DNA from: an uncultured archaeon
GTDB lineage: Archaea > Aenigmatarchaeota > Aenigmatarchaeia > CG10238-14
Assembly (NCBI GenBank): GCA_964392445.1
Contig: CAYMPD010000012.1
Coordinates: 1-34,281, forward strand
Direction of reading: 5' to 3'
Length of the DNA: 34,281 nt
Shown here: positions 24,849 to 33,888 of the stretch, piece by piece
Layout of the letters: each line of letters begins with the position of its first letter
Numbering within the stretch: the stretch's first letter is position 1
Notes under the pieces: model-generated
Database searches by the model: none
Seen by the model: only the letters and a program-made list of their open reading frames with translations
What the model was told of the DNA's origin: nothing
Made by a program: the position numbers and the translations under genes

Positions 24849-25484
24849 TTATTTCAATCTAACAAAAACAAAATTACCAAGATTAGTTTTAGTAAATCTA
24901 TCATCACCTACTTTCTGAAAAAGAATCATTTTCTGACCTCCATTAGCATTGATAGGAGCTACTATCCTCCCTCCCATCTTGGTTTGGTTTTTGACATCTT
25001 CTGGAACATTATCACAAGCCGCGTTGATTAGGACACAATGGTAAGTCGCATTTTTTGGATACCCTTTCCTAGCATCTCCAAGAACTAATTCTATATTCTC
25101 CACATTCACTTTAGCAATATTTTTCTTTGCAAATTCGTGCAATTCAGGATCAAGTTCTATTCCGGTCACTTTTCCTTTTTTACCTACTATTACACCGAGG
25201 AGGCAAGTTGTCCAACCAGTACCAGAACCGATATCAAGGACATTATCTCCAGGATCTGGACTCAAAGCTTCGAGCATGGTCGCGACTGTGTAGGGTTGAG
25301 AAATTGTTTGGCCTCCAAGACTAGGAAGAGCTACATCATCATAAGCACGCGAAAGATATCTTTCAGGAACAAACAAATGACGAGGAACTTCCAGAAAAGC
25401 ATCAATAATCCTACCTGTCTCCAGTACATCTAAAGAAACTAAAGATTCGATCAAAGCTTTATTCTGCTCATCAAGTTCATTCAT
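24849..25484 (-). CDS. pcm: Protein-L-isoaspartate O-methyltransferase
   Basis: VPRHLFVP, AYDDVALP..GQTISQPYTVA, VLDIGSGTGW, INAA. Confidence 0.95.
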   Translation of the reverse strand: MNELDEQNKALIESLVSLDVLETGRIIDAFLEVPRHLFVPERYLSRAYDDVALPSLGGQTISQPYTVATMLEALSPDPGDNVLDIGSGTGWTTCLLGVIVGKKGKVTGIELDPELHEFAKKNIAKVNVENIELVLGDARKGYPKNATYHCVLINAACDNVPEDVKNQTKMGGRIVAPINANGGQKMILFQKVGDDRFTKTNLGNFVFVRLK

Positions 25485-25535
25485 AATAATAAATAGGTTT
25501 CAAAAAATAAAAGAAAAAAGAAAAAAATCTTAGTC

Positions 25536-25883
25536 TTATTTTGCTAAGACAATGTTCATTGTAGAGACGTTTATGGTATTTCCATCTTCTACTTTTCTCT
25601 CTTCTGTTCCTATCTCAATCTTTTTCAATTCAAGGTCTGATAGGAATTTGTTTCTGACGACTTCTGCTACATCTACTGCCCTAGAGATCGATCTTCCTCT
25701 AGCTTTTATACTGACCTCATCAGCCTCAACCTCATTAAACTGGGTCATTACAGCAAGGACATAGCTCATAGTTGGTTTTCTACCAACGTAAACCACATTG
25801 TCGTCTTTTTTTGCTTTTGTTTGTTTTTTCTCAGTTTTTTTCTCAGTCTTTTTCTCAGTCTTTTTTGTTTTTTTCTTAGCCAA
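25536..25883 (-). CDS. albA: DNA/RNA-binding protein Alba with Lys-rich N-terminal extension
   Basis: [45 protein letters not shown]; TTG start after GAGGTGA. Confidence 0.93.
   Translation of the reverse strand: MAKKKTKKTEKKTEKKTEKKQTKAKKDDNVVYVGRKPTMSYVLAVMTQFNEVEADEVSIKARGRSISRAVDVAEVVRNKFLSDLELKKIEIGTEERKVEDGNTINVSTMNIVLAK
25824..25859 (-). repeat. 3 x 12-bp tandem repeat encoding (KTEK)3 in Alba
   Basis: ttttttctcagt / ttttttctcagt / ctttttctcagt on the + strand. Confidence 0.85.
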
Positions 25884-26017
25884 TTACTTCACCTCTTGTT
25901 TTTTTGAAAGTATGAATTTTACTGAAATCTTTGTTAGTTCTTTTAATTGTATTATTAGTTAGATTTAAATTTGTTTATTTTTCTTGTTTTTTACTACTTC
26001 CTTCTCGATTTTAATAG

Positions 26018-27604
26018 TTAAGGACATTCTGGATGAGGTAAACTTGGGTTTTTTTTTCTAGCGTAGTCGTATACAAAACATACATATTTTCTTGTTGATG
26101 GATATTCTATCGGGCAACCCCATCCATTATATCCCCTTACAGCCCTCATCCAAGGGTCAGCGTAAGAGTATCCACAATCTAATGGATCGTAATTCTCATC
26201 TTTATTCTTGAAAGCATTGTATTTCCCCAAAAGAACTCTCTTACCACATTCTATATTATCTTCCCAGTCTGTTAAATCCAAATCTGAACAATAACTCGCG
26301 GCTGTGCTGGGATAGACTTGCATTATTCCAGTCGATCCTAAAGGACCTGAGACCACACCATAGTCTCTGCAATGACTCGCTCCACTTTCCTGCATAGCTA
26401 TTCCCCAAAGTAGATAATCTGGAAAATCAGGATAGTCTAATTGTATCTCTTCTTCTTTCTCTCTTATTTTCGCCTCAATATCCCCCTGATAACAAGCACC
26501 CGAACCTTCTTCTTCGCATTTTTTCTGGCAACCTGTCACAGTTGGATCATTATAATTATATGTTTTATCACAAGTATTTCCCGAACCAGAAGCCGTTTTA
26601 CGGTCACTAACATAGATATCGTTATTGGAAGATCCACAAACTGTATTATCTATGAGTTCGTTATCGTTTTTTCTGACTATAAGCCCATTGGTTAAAGCAG
26701 AAAATACCTTATTTCCTTCGATCCTATTTAATTTTGATTCAATATCTATTCCCCGCCCGAAGTCACCCTCAAATTCTCTTATAGTATTTCCTATTATCTC
26801 ATTATTACCCTTAAAGAGAATAATTCCCACGTTAGTTTGTTTTATCTCATTATTTTCTATTCTGTTAGAAGATGAATCTATTTTTATTCCCGTCAAAAAT
26901 TCTTCTATTTCACAATTTTCAATAACTGTGTTATCAGATGAAATCACTATCCCTATACCTCTATGTGAACCTAAACCTTGGATATTTCTATGATTACAAT
27001 CTAAAGTGGCCCCAGTTGAATGAATTTCAAAGCAATTTTTGCTACCAAAAGCGTCTCCCCCAAGAAGATCTTCCTCATTAAGACTTCTCTTTAGTCGATA
27101 ATATCCAGGTTTATTTATCTTCTGACAAGTATCAAGCTCAATTACTTCAACGGTTTCTTTTAAATTAAACTCAACAGACATTGATCCCACATGAACATCA
27201 TCCCCTGAATATCTTATCGCTACGGGAGATTTAAGGCCCGGCTCGAAATCCTTACCAACTAACCATTCCTTATTTTGATCTAAATCAACAATTTTAATGG
27301 AATAGCCTATCTCTGGGTAACTTATTTCTGAAAATAATTCTGGTCTAGAAGCAAGATTATCAAGCTTTTCTTTATCTAAAACTCCGCGATGTACGATTGA
27401 ACTACTAACATAAGCCAACTTATCCGATGATAACAAAGCGTTGGTTAAAGTTATTTTTCTTCTTATTAGTTCATTCTCTTCTACTCTTACCTCAACTTCC
27501 TTTCCTCTGGTCATAAAAAGAAATACAAAAAGCCCTATTACACCTATTACCACTAAACCTACGAGCACATCTGAAAGACTGGTTGCCTGAGCTTTGTTTC
27601 TAAT
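26018..27604 (-). CDS. Prepilin-like protein - parallel beta-helix - C-terminal lytic transglycosylase (SLT) domain; probable ATT start
   Basis: In-frame RNKA|QATSLSDVLVGLVVIG (class III signal) lies upstream of the tracked GTG. PbH1 repeats follow, then SLT motifs GIAMQES, GIMQV, DNIECG and AVRGYNG. Confidence 0.85.
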   Translation of the reverse strand: MRNKAQATSLSDVLVGLVVIGVIGLFVFLFMTRGKEVEVRVEENELIRRKITLTNALLSSDKLAYVSSSIVHRGVLDKEKLDNLASRPELFSEISYPEIGYSIKIVDLDQNKEWLVGKDFEPGLKSPVAIRYSGDDVHVGSMSVEFNLKETVEVIELDTCQKINKPGYYRLKRSLNEEDLLGGDAFGSKNCFEIHSTGATLDCNHRNIQGLGSHRGIGIVISSDNTVIENCEIEEFLTGIKIDSSSNRIENNEIKQTNVGIILFKGNNEIIGNTIREFEGDFGRGIDIESKLNRIEGNKVFSALTNGLIVRKNDNELIDNTVCGSSNNDIYVSDRKTASGSGNTCDKTYNYNDPTVTGCQKKCEEEGSGACYQGDIEAKIREKEEEIQLDYPDFPDYLLWGIAMQESGASHCRDYGVVSGPLGSTGIMQVYPSTAASYCSDLDLTDWEDNIECGKRVLLGKYNAFKNKDENYDPLDCGYSYADPWMRAVRGYNGWGCPIEYPSTRKYVCFVYDYARKKNPSLPHPECP

Positions 27605-27614
27605 ATTTATTACC

Positions 27615-28037
27615 TCAAGTTCTGGTTATACTTAGTAAAAGTTCGTCATTAACATAATATTTTTCTTGATTTTCTTCGATTGTTTTTTTAATTGTAAATT
27701 CATCAATATCTGAAAATGATCCTTTTAAATCGATTAGAATCGGGCTTGAAGCTTCTTCCTCCTCCCCATTTTTTGAAACTGTAACTTTTCTTTCATCAAT
27801 ATCAACATCATAATTAACTCCGAGAGGTATTTCGTAATCAATCGTAATATTACTCGAACTGGCGACGGTTATTGAAATTAAACTTGCTAAATCTTTAGAG
27901 ACAACCTCAGGGGAGGAGAAAGCAAAAGATTCTATTGCATCCCTAATAATAGGCATGATCACTGGAATTAAGGCTACTAAAACAACAATAATACCAATCC
28001 AAGTTAGTATCTCAGTTACTTCTGCTTGTCCTTTCAC
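27615..28037 (-). CDS. Archaeal type IV pilin-like protein (class III signal peptide)
   Basis: MKG|QAEVTEILTWIGIIVVLVALIP. Confidence 0.85.
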   Translation of the reverse strand: MKGQAEVTEILTWIGIIVVLVALIPVIMPIIRDAIESFAFSSPEVVSKDLASLISITVASSSNITIDYEIPLGVNYDVDIDERKVTVSKNGEEEEASSPILIDLKGSFSDIDEFTIKKTIEENQEKYYVNDELLLSITRT

Positions 28038-28101
28038 AATTAATAGAATGGATTTTTGATAAGTTAAATATTATAAAAAAGAAAAATATTGTTGGATAGA
28101 A
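28038..28101. promoter_or_regulatory. 64-bp AT-rich divergent promoter region between the pilin/SLT and lipoprotein/NlpC units
   Basis: Head-to-head genes with TATA-like ttaaatattataaa; the exact elements are not resolved. Confidence 0.45.
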
Positions 28102-29016
28102 ATGAAAGGAAAGTTAATTGGCATAAGTATTCTATTAGTGATGTTATTTTTACTTGGTTGTACAGAGGAGACCACTAATGAATGTAGCAACGAAGGTTTG
28201 GTAATTAGCGATTATAATATTGATACTTCTGGTAGAATATTTCCTGGTTATAGGGTTGGAATTAATTTTTGGTTAGAAAATAAAGGGAGTTCCGATGCTG
28301 AAGATATTAAGGTTTTGTTCTTTGATAGACAGGGGTTTGAACTGGAAAGTATTAATTGTGGGGAAGAGAATGGTAAGATAACAAGTGAAGGTAAATTAAT
28401 TGGTTGTGAAATAAATAAAATAGAAGCTAGGGAAAATTGTTATGGGGCAAGACGAGGTATTCATGCCACCCTAAGAGCCCCAGAAGAGTCTGGTGAGAGG
28501 ATCGTTAGTTTTTCAGTGGATTATATGTATGGTGGTAATTCAAAATTATTATTCCGTATATGGGAAAAAGGTACAGAAAAAAAGCAAGTAGGTAAAAAAC
28601 AGGAAGGTAGTAGTTATGGTCCTGTCAAAGTCGATATAGATACTGATTTTCTACTGGAAAGATTTGTAGAGGGAGAAAGAGAAGTGGTGACTGAATGGGT
28701 AGAAGAAGGACAAAGATTTACAGTAAAATTAAATGTTAAAGAAGTTGGAAGTGGAAGTAAATATCAAACTTTCGAAAATAAAATATTTCCAACAGATTTT
28801 GAAGTTAAACTAGATTATGTCGAGATAGAAAATAGAGATAATTGTGACTTCCCTAATGGACATCCTAAAGAAGAGATAGAATATCCAACTGATGAGCCCC
28901 TTATGTGCGAACTAAAAGTTAATAATATAGGTCAAGACTGGGTTACCGGGTCTATAGAAGTCGATTATATTTATGATTATGGTATAGTTAAATCTCAAGA
29001 ATTTACTATTGAATAA
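28102..29016 (+). CDS. Lipoprotein with two probable beta-sandwich domains
   Basis: MKGKLIGISILLVMLFLLG|C lipobox, paired Cys residues and VDY.Y motifs. Confidence 0.8.
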   Translation: MKGKLIGISILLVMLFLLGCTEETTNECSNEGLVISDYNIDTSGRIFPGYRVGINFWLENKGSSDAEDIKVLFFDRQGFELESINCGEENGKITSEGKLIGCEINKIEARENCYGARRGIHATLRAPEESGERIVSFSVDYMYGGNSKLLFRIWEKGTEKKQVGKKQEGSSYGPVKVDIDTDFLLERFVEGEREVVTEWVEEGQRFTVKLNVKEVGSGSKYQTFENKIFPTDFEVKLDYVEIENRDNCDFPNGHPKEEIEYPTDEPLMCELKVNNIGQDWVTGSIEVDYIYDYGIVKSQEFTIE

Positions 29017-29047
29017 AGTTATAATTGCGTTTTTCTAAAATAGTCTT

Positions 29048-31144
29048 ATGACGAAATGTTCTAAGTGTGGAACTGAATTTGATCATGGTATCTGTCCTAA
29101 CTGTGGATTTACCGAAGGTGGAGTTTATGTATCCAATCCTAAAAAAGTTATAAATGAGAAAAAACAGGCTGAAAAAAAACTAGAAGATATGAGAAAGCAG
29201 GAAGAAAAGGCTAGGGAACAGAGGCTAAAGCAAATTAAAGCTCGAGAAAGAGATAGAAAAGGGGAGATTCAAAATCTTCAAGAGAAAGATGAAAGAGAAT
29301 ATAAAAGAGAGAAAGAGAGTCTGTCGAAAGAGGCAAAAAAAATTTGGGAAGGTCAAGAAGAACTGGATCAAGAGAGAAGAAGAATTAGAAGAGAGTCAAG
29401 AAGGGAACAATGGAAAAACAGAAAGAAAGCAGTAAAAAGATTAGCAATAGGAGCAGGAGCAACGGCAGCGGCAGGAGGAGCAGCATCTAAGCGTCAACAA
29501 CCACCACCTCCACCACCAGCATATAAAAAACAATCTCCACTTGTAAAGTATCTAGGTATTATAGTTATAGTTGGTGCATTAGGTTTAGTTGTATACTTTC
29601 ACCAAGATGAAGTTTCGAGTATTTGGTATGGGTTTTCTAGTTCCATAGGAGGGATGTTACCGGGAGATTTTGATCTATTTATTAAATGTATTACTTTTCA
29701 AGTCGATGATATGAGTGTTTGTTGGGGAGGTAAACCACCGGAACCTATTGTTAAACATCAAGTTATCGATATAAGTTTTGAAAATGGTAGAGGACCTAAA
29801 GCACCAATTACTGGTGAACCATATTCTGTGTTGGTTGAAGTAAAAAATTTACTTGAAGATACTACTATTGATGGTATTACTATTCACGGGCAATTAGAAT
29901 GTGAGGTGGAAGAGACAGATGAGGGTTGGGGTGATATTGAAGGTAACGAAAACAGAGATATAGAACTTATACCATTAGAAGAATCTTATCAACTCCCCCC
30001 AGAAGGTGTTAGAACTTTACTAAAAAGCTACCCATTAAGTTGTGAACTTGTTGCTTGCAATAAACTAAATGTAACAGTAGTTTATCAATACAACAACACA
30101 CTTGAAACACAATTTAGATTTGGAGAAACACGAGAAAAGGCTAAATTCGCTAGAAAAGACAGTGTAGGTCAAGGCCCAATTTCTCTGGAAGCTAGCTTTG
30201 GACCCTATGGGAATTATTACTATCCGAATGAAGGTTATGGGAGTCCCAGTTATATTACTAACAAATTAGATCTAACAATAACCGCAGTTAATAAAGGTTA
30301 TGGGGAAGGGAAATTACTGGATTATAGTTTAGAGAAAAAATACGATGATTTTAATTTTTTAAGTGAGGTCGAACCATGTGAGTTTACTCAATTGGGGGTA
30401 GAATTAGAAAAAGACGATTATGAGAATTGTTATCCTATTTACAGTTTCAGCGAAAGTAGTATAGAAAGCAATCTAAAAAATTATCAATCTGTTTTCTTTG
30501 AGTTCAATGTTGATTATGAATATACTCGTACTTTTAAAAAGAGTTTAGGTGAACTTAAAAGAGGGCCTACTTGCCCGGAAGAACCTGAAGATGGTGAAGG
30601 GAGGAGAACTGGTACAACTATTCCTGAAAATGGTGGAGATAGAACTGATCTAGACTGTCAAAACCATGTTATTAAAATTTCTGAAATTCCATTGGGTGCT
30701 CCATATTCACTTGGAGCGACACATCTCAGAGGGGATGAAATGGCCACCTCTAAAACACCTTTTGACTGTTCTGGTTACACAGAATGGGTATATAACAGAT
30801 ATGGTCATGAAACTAACAAAGGGGATTTGATATCCTACGGTTCTCCAGCTTCCTCACAAGTTAACATTGGTAAGGTAATAGACCATAATCCTCTCATAGA
30901 TCATGATAATTATAAATCCATAGAACCAGATATCAGTAAATTTGAACCTGGTGATTTATTATTTTTCTATAAAACAACGCTAGAATCTCGTATAACTCAT
31001 GTGGGAATTTATTATGGAAATGGTAGGATTATACATGCGGGTCAGCCCGAATGTCCGAGTTCTCTCAGTGGATGTGTACAGAAAGCTAATCTTGATACAT
31101 CTTATTGGAAAGAACATTATATTGGGGCTAGAAGAATTTGTTAA
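29048..31144 (+). CDS. Membrane protein: cytoplasmic Zn-ribbon + charged coiled coil + Pro-rich linker, TM, extracellular scaffold, C-terminal NlpC/P60 peptidase
   Basis: CSKC..CPNCG, TM YLGIIVIVGALGLVVYF, FDCSGY (C574), PGDLLFF, HVGIYYGNGRIIHAG (H651, H663). Confidence 0.88.
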   Translation: MTKCSKCGTEFDHGICPNCGFTEGGVYVSNPKKVINEKKQAEKKLEDMRKQEEKAREQRLKQIKARERDRKGEIQNLQEKDEREYKREKESLSKEAKKIWEGQEELDQERRRIRRESRREQWKNRKKAVKRLAIGAGATAAAGGAASKRQQPPPPPPAYKKQSPLVKYLGIIVIVGALGLVVYFHQDEVSSIWYGFSSSIGGMLPGDFDLFIKCITFQVDDMSVCWGGKPPEPIVKHQVIDISFENGRGPKAPITGEPYSVLVEVKNLLEDTTIDGITIHGQLECEVEETDEGWGDIEGNENRDIELIPLEESYQLPPEGVRTLLKSYPLSCELVACNKLNVTVVYQYNNTLETQFRFGETREKAKFARKDSVGQGPISLEASFGPYGNYYYPNEGYGSPSYITNKLDLTITAVNKGYGEGKLLDYSLEKKYDDFNFLSEVEPCEFTQLGVELEKDDYENCYPIYSFSESSIESNLKNYQSVFFEFNVDYEYTRTFKKSLGELKRGPTCPEEPEDGEGRRTGTTIPENGGDRTDLDCQNHVIKISEIPLGAPYSLGATHLRGDEMATSKTPFDCSGYTEWVYNRYGHETNKGDLISYGSPASSQVNIGKVIDHNPLIDHDNYKSIEPDISKFEPGDLLFFYKTTLESRITHVGIYYGNGRIIHAGQPECPSSLSGCVQKANLDTSYWKEHYIGARRIC

Positions 31145-33153
31145 GATGTTATACAACTTGGTATATATTCAAAATGCATTGGATCAAAACTCGGCCAAAA
31201 CCTCCCACCCCATCTAAATCCTTTATTTTCAAAGGTCTCAACAACTTCTGGTGGTATATCCATGTCGCATGCCATTGATGTAATTACATTTCCCCAGTTT
31301 TGTTGCCAATTAATATCCACGGCTAATCCAAAAGCATGTGGACTTAAAACGCTTGGGTTGTTCACATTATATCTAAAATTAAATCCCCCTGTGTGTGTAC
31401 AATCAAAAGTATAAGTACCACTTGGGAAATCATAAGTTGTTCGACTTTGGAAATATTTATCTGTCAATTCTTCGCTAACTTCTCTATAAAGATTAGCAAC
31501 ATTTTTATGTACTCTAACTGTACAACCGAATAAATTGACTGTTTCTAATTGATCTCTTATTTCTTGTTCCAATTGATCTCTAACAGAAGAGGAAGTATCG
31601 TAAACATCCAAATAAGGTTTTTCTAAATCATGAGTGAATTCGTACATACAATGGGGACTATCACAAGATTCAGAATTAGATGGATTTGTATCCCATATTT
31701 TAATATAAGGGCTAGGTGCGGGATAAGAAACTCCATCTTTTTGATTTCCTATTCTAGCTAAACACTCATTTGAGGGATTATCTGTTATTGGTCTTCCAAG
31801 GGTTCCACATTCAAATCCACCTATTGGTGGTGGTGAAGGATCTCCAGGAGGTTTCCCATTTCCCGTTAAATCTAAAACTTCAACTTCACATTCCTTACTA
31901 TCGGTAACCGCATCAATTTTATGGTCGTAATCATTCCCTGAAAGCACATAGAACTTGAGTATAATCGGTTTGAATTCAACGTCCTTATCATCACCCATCA
32001 CCGGATAAAATTGATTTGACGTATCCTTAATCTCAAACAAAACCCAAGCAGAGGCATAATAATTGTAAGTACAGGTAACATCCTGGAGATAACGATAATA
32101 TTCTTCACAGCCTTCACATAATTCCACTTGGTCTACAGGGTCATGAGTTTCATTATCACAATAACACCCATTGTAAACATCGTAGGTAGGTAGAGTAACA
32201 AAATAAGGGTTACAGTAATTGATACTAACACATTCTGACTCTAAAGTATATCCTCCCCCGCAATCAACCGAGTAAGTTTCTTTACAACAAGAAGGCTCAT
32301 CCTCAACAACAGCAACATGACTACATTCAGGTTCATAGGAGACAGAAACTTCAAGTAGTTCTATATCCACCTCCACATCATCATTGGTTAACTCATTACT
32401 CAATTCATTTATTTTTCTCTCGATTTCATCCTCAATATCACTTTCCCAATTACCGCTATTAGCACCTAGGATACTTTCAGGATCAAGTTCATTCTCACAG
32501 ATATCACCAACTGAGATTGATTTGGGAACAGCAGCTTCGCCTATTGCTTCTTGAATTTTTTCTTGAATTATATCATTTTCTATGAAGTTTTCCTTTGCCG
32601 TCTTATACATTTCTCCGATGTTTGTTGTCAATGCCGTCTCCAAAGCATCGATTTCAACTGTCGCCCTGTCCCTTTTTAATGATAATTTTTCCCCAGAGGA
32701 AGCTTCAACCCTGATTAAAGAATCGTCTAATATCTCAACCTCAGAATATTCGTACTCGGGTATGTCAACCTCGTTGTTGATTTCCTCCACATAAACCTTC
32801 AGGGCTTCCAGCATCAGTCTCCCAGTGTAATCAAACCCAGGATATTTTTCACTATCATAATCCCTCCAATAAGGAATGCAACCGTAAGAGTCAACACTAC
32901 TACCTAGTTTGTAATAACCACCCATCGGGCTTGTGAGATAAGATGCTTCGTAAAAAGAATATTCCAAAGCTTTTGATAGACCTGTTCTAGAAAGTTCAAA
33001 CTTATTTATCGCATTGATTATGTTTATCTCAAACATTGCTCTTTTTGTAACTACTGTTCTACTGTAAAGCGAGACAAATGCTATTCCTCCGATGACTAAT
33101 GTCCCAAATAGCCCTAGTAACAAAAGTGCTATTGGCCCTATTCCTTTTTTCAA
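31141..33153 (-). CDS. Large prepilin-like protein with Cys-rich insert and C-terminal M15 (M15C/Peptidase_M15_4-like) Zn peptidase
   Basis: MKKG|IGPIALLLLG, with TTG overlapping the upstream TGA and an upstream GGTGA SD. GGFNFR, SPHAFGLAVDIN (H606, D613), FRWGG, DPMHFEY (H660). Confidence 0.88.
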   Translation of the reverse strand: MKKGIGPIALLLLGLFGTLVIGGIAFVSLYSRTVVTKRAMFEINIINAINKFELSRTGLSKALEYSFYEASYLTSPMGGYYKLGSSVDSYGCIPYWRDYDSEKYPGFDYTGRLMLEALKVYVEEINNEVDIPEYEYSEVEILDDSLIRVEASSGEKLSLKRDRATVEIDALETALTTNIGEMYKTAKENFIENDIIQEKIQEAIGEAAVPKSISVGDICENELDPESILGANSGNWESDIEDEIERKINELSNELTNDDVEVDIELLEVSVSYEPECSHVAVVEDEPSCCKETYSVDCGGGYTLESECVSINYCNPYFVTLPTYDVYNGCYCDNETHDPVDQVELCEGCEEYYRYLQDVTCTYNYYASAWVLFEIKDTSNQFYPVMGDDKDVEFKPIILKFYVLSGNDYDHKIDAVTDSKECEVEVLDLTGNGKPPGDPSPPPIGGFECGTLGRPITDNPSNECLARIGNQKDGVSYPAPSPYIKIWDTNPSNSESCDSPHCMYEFTHDLEKPYLDVYDTSSSVRDQLEQEIRDQLETVNLFGCTVRVHKNVANLYREVSEELTDKYFQSRTTYDFPSGTYTFDCTHTGGFNFRYNVNNPSVLSPHAFGLAVDINWQQNWGNVITSMACDMDIPPEVVETFENKGFRWGGRFWPSFDPMHFEYIPSCITS

Positions 33154-33578
33154 TTGATCACCAAAATTAATTTCTCTGTAAGTTTATCTGGGTTGTAGGG
33201 TAAAGATATGAAAGTTTCTTTCTGATATTCGTCGGGATTACAATCTAAAGTCTCTGCTAGGACTTCTGAGGGGGTTGATAGCTTGTAACACTTACTTTCA
33301 ACTAATTTATCCAATTTTTCCATGAGAATTTGTTCTAATTCATTATCATTTGGACTACCAAAAACAAAATGTTCTCCCAGTAATTCATGAACTGTTTTTC
33401 CGTCTTTAGTCGAAGAAAGTAGTGATATAAGAATCATTTGGGAATTGTCGTGCTTTTCTTGATATTGAATTACTTGAATAAGCGGAGCTCTAAAGAACTT
33501 CAAGGGAGCTATTATTCCCAATACGACTACTAGTACTACTATAATACCAATAACTGGTGCGTCAAGGGAACCTTTCAT
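33150..33578 (-). CDS. Pilin-like protein (class III signal peptide)
   Basis: MKG|SLDAPVIGIIVVLVVVLGIIAP. Confidence 0.8.
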   Translation of the reverse strand: MKGSLDAPVIGIIVVLVVVLGIIAPLKFFRAPLIQVIQYQEKHDNSQMILISLLSSTKDGKTVHELLGEHFVFGSPNDNELEQILMEKLDKLVESKCYKLSTPSEVLAETLDCNPDEYQKETFISLPYNPDKLTEKLILVIN

Positions 33579-33597
33579 ACTAAATAGAATTGATTTT

Positions 33598-33873
33598 TCA
33601 GATTATATCTTTACATTCATCCTCACTAGATGGTTTACTTATATCAAATTGTTCACAGCCATCAGGTTCTATTTCATTCCAATCTCCAGGGTCTTTGCCC
33701 TTTAACAACCATCTCTCGCAATAATTGATGTATTTTGCTGTACAACTTGCCTTTGTGGCCTCAGTATCAATTTGCCCTATCCAAAACCAGAGAGAAATAA
33801 TAGTGAAGATGAGAAATAATCCAATAGCCGCTATTAAAAATATAGTATGGGTTGCTATTGCTTTTGGTGGCAT
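33598..33873 (-). CDS. Small pilin-like protein with 4-Cys C-terminal domain
   Basis: MPPKA|IATHTIFLIAAIGLFLIF; C-x7-C-x2-W...C...C. Confidence 0.8.
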   Translation of the reverse strand: MPPKAIATHTIFLIAAIGLFLIFTIISLWFWIGQIDTEATKASCTAKYINYCERWLLKGKDPGDWNEIEPDGCEQFDISKPSSEDECKDII

Positions 33874-33888
33874 GAATTATATTTGACT

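Noticed and set aside
26018-33153. Prophage or lysis-cassette origin for the three wall hydrolases
   Set aside because: No phage structural, terminase, integrase or holin genes, and the enzymes are fused to archaeal-type prepilin or TM scaffolds with archaeal SD signals.
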